From assembly GCA_040285855.1 (NCBI GenBank), contig JAUFOQ010000010.1, positions 1,550,001 through 1,614,000 on the forward strand: a DNA stretch of 64,000 nt. The letters are read 5' to 3'. The translations under genes were made by a program, and so were the position numbers. The notes under the pieces are model-generated. The model was not told the origin of the DNA. It did no database searches and was given only the letters and a program-made list of their open reading frames with translations. Origin of the DNA: Eukaryota sp. GEM-RC1 (taxonomy: Eukaryota). Positions 59,901 through 64,000 of the stretch are shown here, piece after piece. The stretch's first letter is position 1. Every line of letters starts with the position of its first letter.

Positions 59901-62016
59901 GAAGAGGTGGCAAAATCGTCCATTTTTCCAAACAACACCGCTTATTTTTACGGAAGAAAAATTGTTCTTTACTAATTCTGTGTTAGTAGGGAAATATAAA
60001 ATTTTAATGTTATCAATTGTAAAGATGTTAAAAATGTGACAACCGAAATTTTTATCATCATAGACAACAACAATCTATACTAATAAACAGTCTGTTTATG
60101 CATAGAACCGGTTACAATTATTGTTCAATTCGTTTATATTCTTCATTCATTGTGACATTGTTAGCAAAACGCTCTGTTATGTAACTCATAACAACTGCTA
60201 TTCGGACAGATTACAGTATGCAGATAGTTTGTTTCTCACGACTATCAATTTCCACTCAGGGTTGGATATATTTTAAACTTCCTTATGAGACCAAAAAAAT
60301 ACCAAGAAAAACACAAGGAGAAAAGTCCCCACACATCCGAACATCGCAAAGCACACAACACTTACCATATCAATGTATGATAATATTATGCGATACCTGG
60401 CCTGAAGAATAAATTAAGCTGACATTCTCGTTGTAGAGAAGATGTAATGAATGAGCTGCAAACCTTAGTTTCTCCGTCGCTGACGAGGTGGTGTGAAAAT
60501 CGCAGATTGCACTTTCTTCAAATGTCTTAGATAATCCCGAAAGCCCTTCCACTAAAAAGAAAACGACGTATAGTTGGTACAAACTACAGCAAGGAGTATA
60601 ATTAACCATTTACCGTCGTCAAGAAGAATCATGGACTTGTATTCCTAAGAACTTAACCCACAATCGTGCTCTTGTGGGGTACATCTCTTGCCTGCCAATG
60701 AATCTCTGATTATATGTAGAACATCCAGTATGCGTGGACAATACAGTCTTCATATATACAACTAGAAAGTTCTTACTACTCTTCATAAACTATCTGCAGA
60801 AAAAACTTGAACAAATAAATCAACTTGACTTCAAGGGATATTTCCAATGCAAAACGGAAGTTGAACAGAACTATGCATGTGTGTCAGAGTGATGTTGAAT
60901 ATATCATCTAGAAGTATAGTGATGATATTACATTTTTCCGAAGTGTACAATACCAATATATTGCAATATAGTATTTGGCTATTGTTAGTGAAAAAATTGA
61001 TACATCAGCAGTGTTTTATAGAATCTTTTTGGGAGAAAACATTGTGTAATAGAATAGAGATCTTAAGAAAGAAGAATACTAAACAGGACCACACAGTGAT
61101 TTCTACATTGGCCTTCAACTGCAAGCACCAGCAACTCTGAATACATTGACTTTTCAATCATTCACCCACCCTCCAATGAAGTTTAGAGGCTCTTTAGTAG
61201 CACAACACTCACTTAAGGTTGTTATTGACATGCTTCAGATCAGTTTATCATAGAAAAATAATAGATCTTGCTCTACAATCCTGCTCTCTGGAATGAAAGA
61301 ACAATTGATAGGATTGAATCAAGTAGACACACACATTAGAAGTAGAAGCTCAAACTGATAGCACATGGTATCAATAAAGAATCAAAATTCATAGCAGACA
61401 TAAATTTCCGACAGAAATAATTCCAGGCAGTAGTAGGAAACACGATGATGTATGAGGTGGCGTAGAACCTCAGGAGAGAAGCATTCAAAGTAGGGAACGA
61501 GTATATGTTAGTGGAATTTCTAGTTGACACTGAGATTACCAAGACTACAGTTTATGCGTCCTCCAAACACCACTACATAATGTCAAAAACCCTCCTTCTC
61601 AACGCCCTACGGTTCTAGATAATCGTGTTCTTCCGATAACTTATTGCTTCCCTTAGTTACCGCTACTGGATCAAGTCCGTACTCCCCCCCCAGCGGAGCT
61701 TGTTCTGTTTCCAATCGTACTTCTCGTCGATCTTTAATTTCTTATGAGCATTACATCGGTCGCCCTCCCCCTCCCTCTCAAAGAGAGGGAAATCACGCCA
61801 TCCTTCTCATCCAACTAGATCCTTGAAAGAGAAGGGAATGAATGACTTTATGCACCGTACTGTGTTCAAAACAGAAGCCAGTTCGATCGCTCTTCCTCAA
61901 ACGCTGAAGCTAAATCCCACTTCAATTCTCCTACACAATCTCTCAGAAACACTAAGGACCAACACTTCCCAAAGGTCAGAAGTTTTCACCAACCTTCCAT
62001 CCCTCTAGTTCTCCAA
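53927..62016. repeat. Segmental duplication copy 2 (includes cassette copies 5 at ~55157-57435 and 6 at ~61567-62016)
   Basis: Collinear with 28839-39036 but lacks the DD34E insertion. Confidence 0.9.
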
Positions 62017-62879
62017 AACATAGTCCGGGAAAGAAACGTTGTCAGTGATGCATCCCCAAAGAGCAAATCCCATGGCGACGTGGAGGAAGTGTTTCTCTTA
62101 AACAACTTTTGGGCTTTGAGATGCCATTGTTATCCAAAAGCATGTGTTTTCATCTTCAGGTGAACGATGTGTGTGTTATGGTTACATAGAATGACAGAGA
62201 AGTTGTTTATTTGAACTGGAAGAAGAGAAGTAACATAAAACTCTAGCTATACCCTGATCTTCTGTTCTTGTAACTTGTCTAGCAGGTTCAGGGACATCAT
62301 TGCTTTGAGGGCAAGATCGTCTGTTGTGTCATGTTGCCTTACAAAGTCCGCGGCTCGTCTTTAGTATCAAACACAAACAAGGGAGAAACAGTTGTTAAGG
62401 GGGGACAGACATAAAAAAGACAATTACCGAAGAAGCAGAATTAAAGAAGAGGAGGAGGAAGGAAACTCTAAACGTCATCAAAAATTGCAGTGATGGCGGG
62501 TACCATAAATCCCATGGTGGGTACCACCAGGGTACCATCTGACACGTGTCTCAATTTGATATTGTTACCTATCCTACATCATGGATCTTTCCTCTACCGA
62601 ACTTGCCTCTTGTTTCCCCTCAGGGCCCCAGGTCGCGTTAATGGCCACCACCACCAAGGACAAAATGGATGCCGTTGATTACAATTTCAACCACAGGATT
62701 TTGTGTCAACTGGAGTAGAAGAAGCAGATTATGATCTGGCAATGGAACATAGTGATTTTGAAGATTCTAAACCTGATGATGCTGATCAATCGCATCAAAC
62801 AAACTGGGAATTAAAAGCCAACATGGAGGATTTGAACGAAGAAGAAGACTATGGTGATCCATTGTTCGAAAAGTTACTC

Positions 62880-64000
62880 ATCTGCTTCGCTCGTTGCCCC
62901 CTGTACTTACCTATAACTTCTGTAGAAGCTTTAACAAAATTCGTACCGACTTTCTAGAATTTTTGTTATCAGTGGATCCTGCTGCTTTGAACAATCACAT
63001 CTTCTCAGATCCTCATCTAGGTGGTATTGGTTTTACTTCGTCCAAATGGTGGACTAAATCTGCTTTCATTTGTGGTGGTAATTATTTTGTCTTTGAGTTC
63101 TGTAGACGGTACCCAAGTCAAGAAAATCTTCTTGTTTCGACAAGTAGTTATTTCTTGGTAAATTTGAGAGCAGAATTGTCGCTAATTTCACCTGACCTAT
63201 GTCAAACTTGTTTTCCAGCAGATATTTGTGAAATACCAGAACGATGTGTCACCTCGTTAAAATTTGCTCTGAAGAAATTCCAAAAACACCTTTTAAAACA
63301 TTTTGAATGTTTGGATTTTAAAATTCGACTCGGCTCGGCCAAAGAAAAGAATCCAGCTTTCGCAAATTTTTTAATCGATTTGAAGGACAGTTCTTCAGTT
63401 GCTTTGATTAACCAAATTCCTCAGGGTTTATGGTTTGTTGTTGAATGATCATCAATGGACTACAACATTCAGACTTCGATTTTTCTTGTGGCCTTCTAAT
63501 TCACCCAATGATCTTCAATGCAAATGTGGTAAATTAGTTACTTTTTCTCACCTTTTGAGTTGTAATCGTTTCATTACTTATAGAACTTGTATTCATGATG
63601 CTGTCAGAGATCAAATTCATGCCATGTGTAAGTCCTACAAAATTGAATCTTTTGTTGAGCCACTGTTGAGATCACTGGAAATCAATAATTTAAAAAATAG
63701 TGATTCTGATGAGACTTTTGGTAAAAGAAGAGCTGATCTTATAGTTCCATCATCAATGATGAACTAACCGTTGTTGATGTGATTACTGTGGCTGTTTGCA
63801 AAAAAAGTGCATTCAAGGATGCTAAAAATGAAGTTTCTCCACTGAATTCTTCAGAACAATACAAGAGAAACAAATATGATGAACCATTAACTGCTCTCAA
63901 GCATATTAGATATGTTGAATACAAATTATGTCATTTTGCGATTTCAATTTATGGTCGACTTGGTAGAGATGCTCTTTGTTTTCTCTCTGATTTTGAGAAA
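62880..64000 (+). mobile_element. Non-LTR retrotransposon of RLE type (CRE/R2-like), 5'-truncated, frameshifted 3' half
   Basis: PHLGGIGF; FRLRF..CKCG..HLLSC..IHDAVRD (CCHC + RHD-like); RRADLIV..VVDVITV..KRNKY restriction-like endonuclease. Confidence 0.8.

Noticed and set aside
62495..62550. GGTACC-rich hairpin as a retroelement 5' ribozyme
   Set aside because: Only one short stem is evident, no HDV-like pseudoknot could be built, and the downstream element is 5'-truncated

Overview
AT-rich, apparently intron-poor eukaryotic (protist-like) DNA dominated by transposable elements, pseudogenes and duplications. I saw no rRNA, tRNA or CRISPR array. Main contents: (1) Two Ty3/gypsy chromodomain-bearing LTR retrotransposons plus relics. 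One is complete (49006-53416), with identical 101-bp LTRs, a 4-bp TSD and no tRNA-type primer-binding site. (2) A ~2.25-kb IS630/Tc1-type DD34E insertion (33378-35633) carrying an intact transposase and an intact, convergent second gene of unknown function; its limits come from an empty paralogous site at ~58525. (3) Two hAT MITEs with 8-bp TSDs, and hAT, pogo, MULE and RLE non-LTR relics. (4) Ubiquitin/immune-type host genes (two BTB-BTB-SEL1 paralogues, B-box-LRR, RING-B-box-B-box-coiled-coil), all broken by single-base shifts in short homopolymers; two of these shifts are shared by the diverged BTB paralogues. (5) A virus-like AT-rich block with an FtsJ-type cap methyltransferase fragment beside a Ulp1-like protease. 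(6) An 8-10 kb mosaic segmental duplication, a six-copy dispersed cassette and a 3x246-bp tandem repeat. All family assignments are by eye from motifs; no database search was run.
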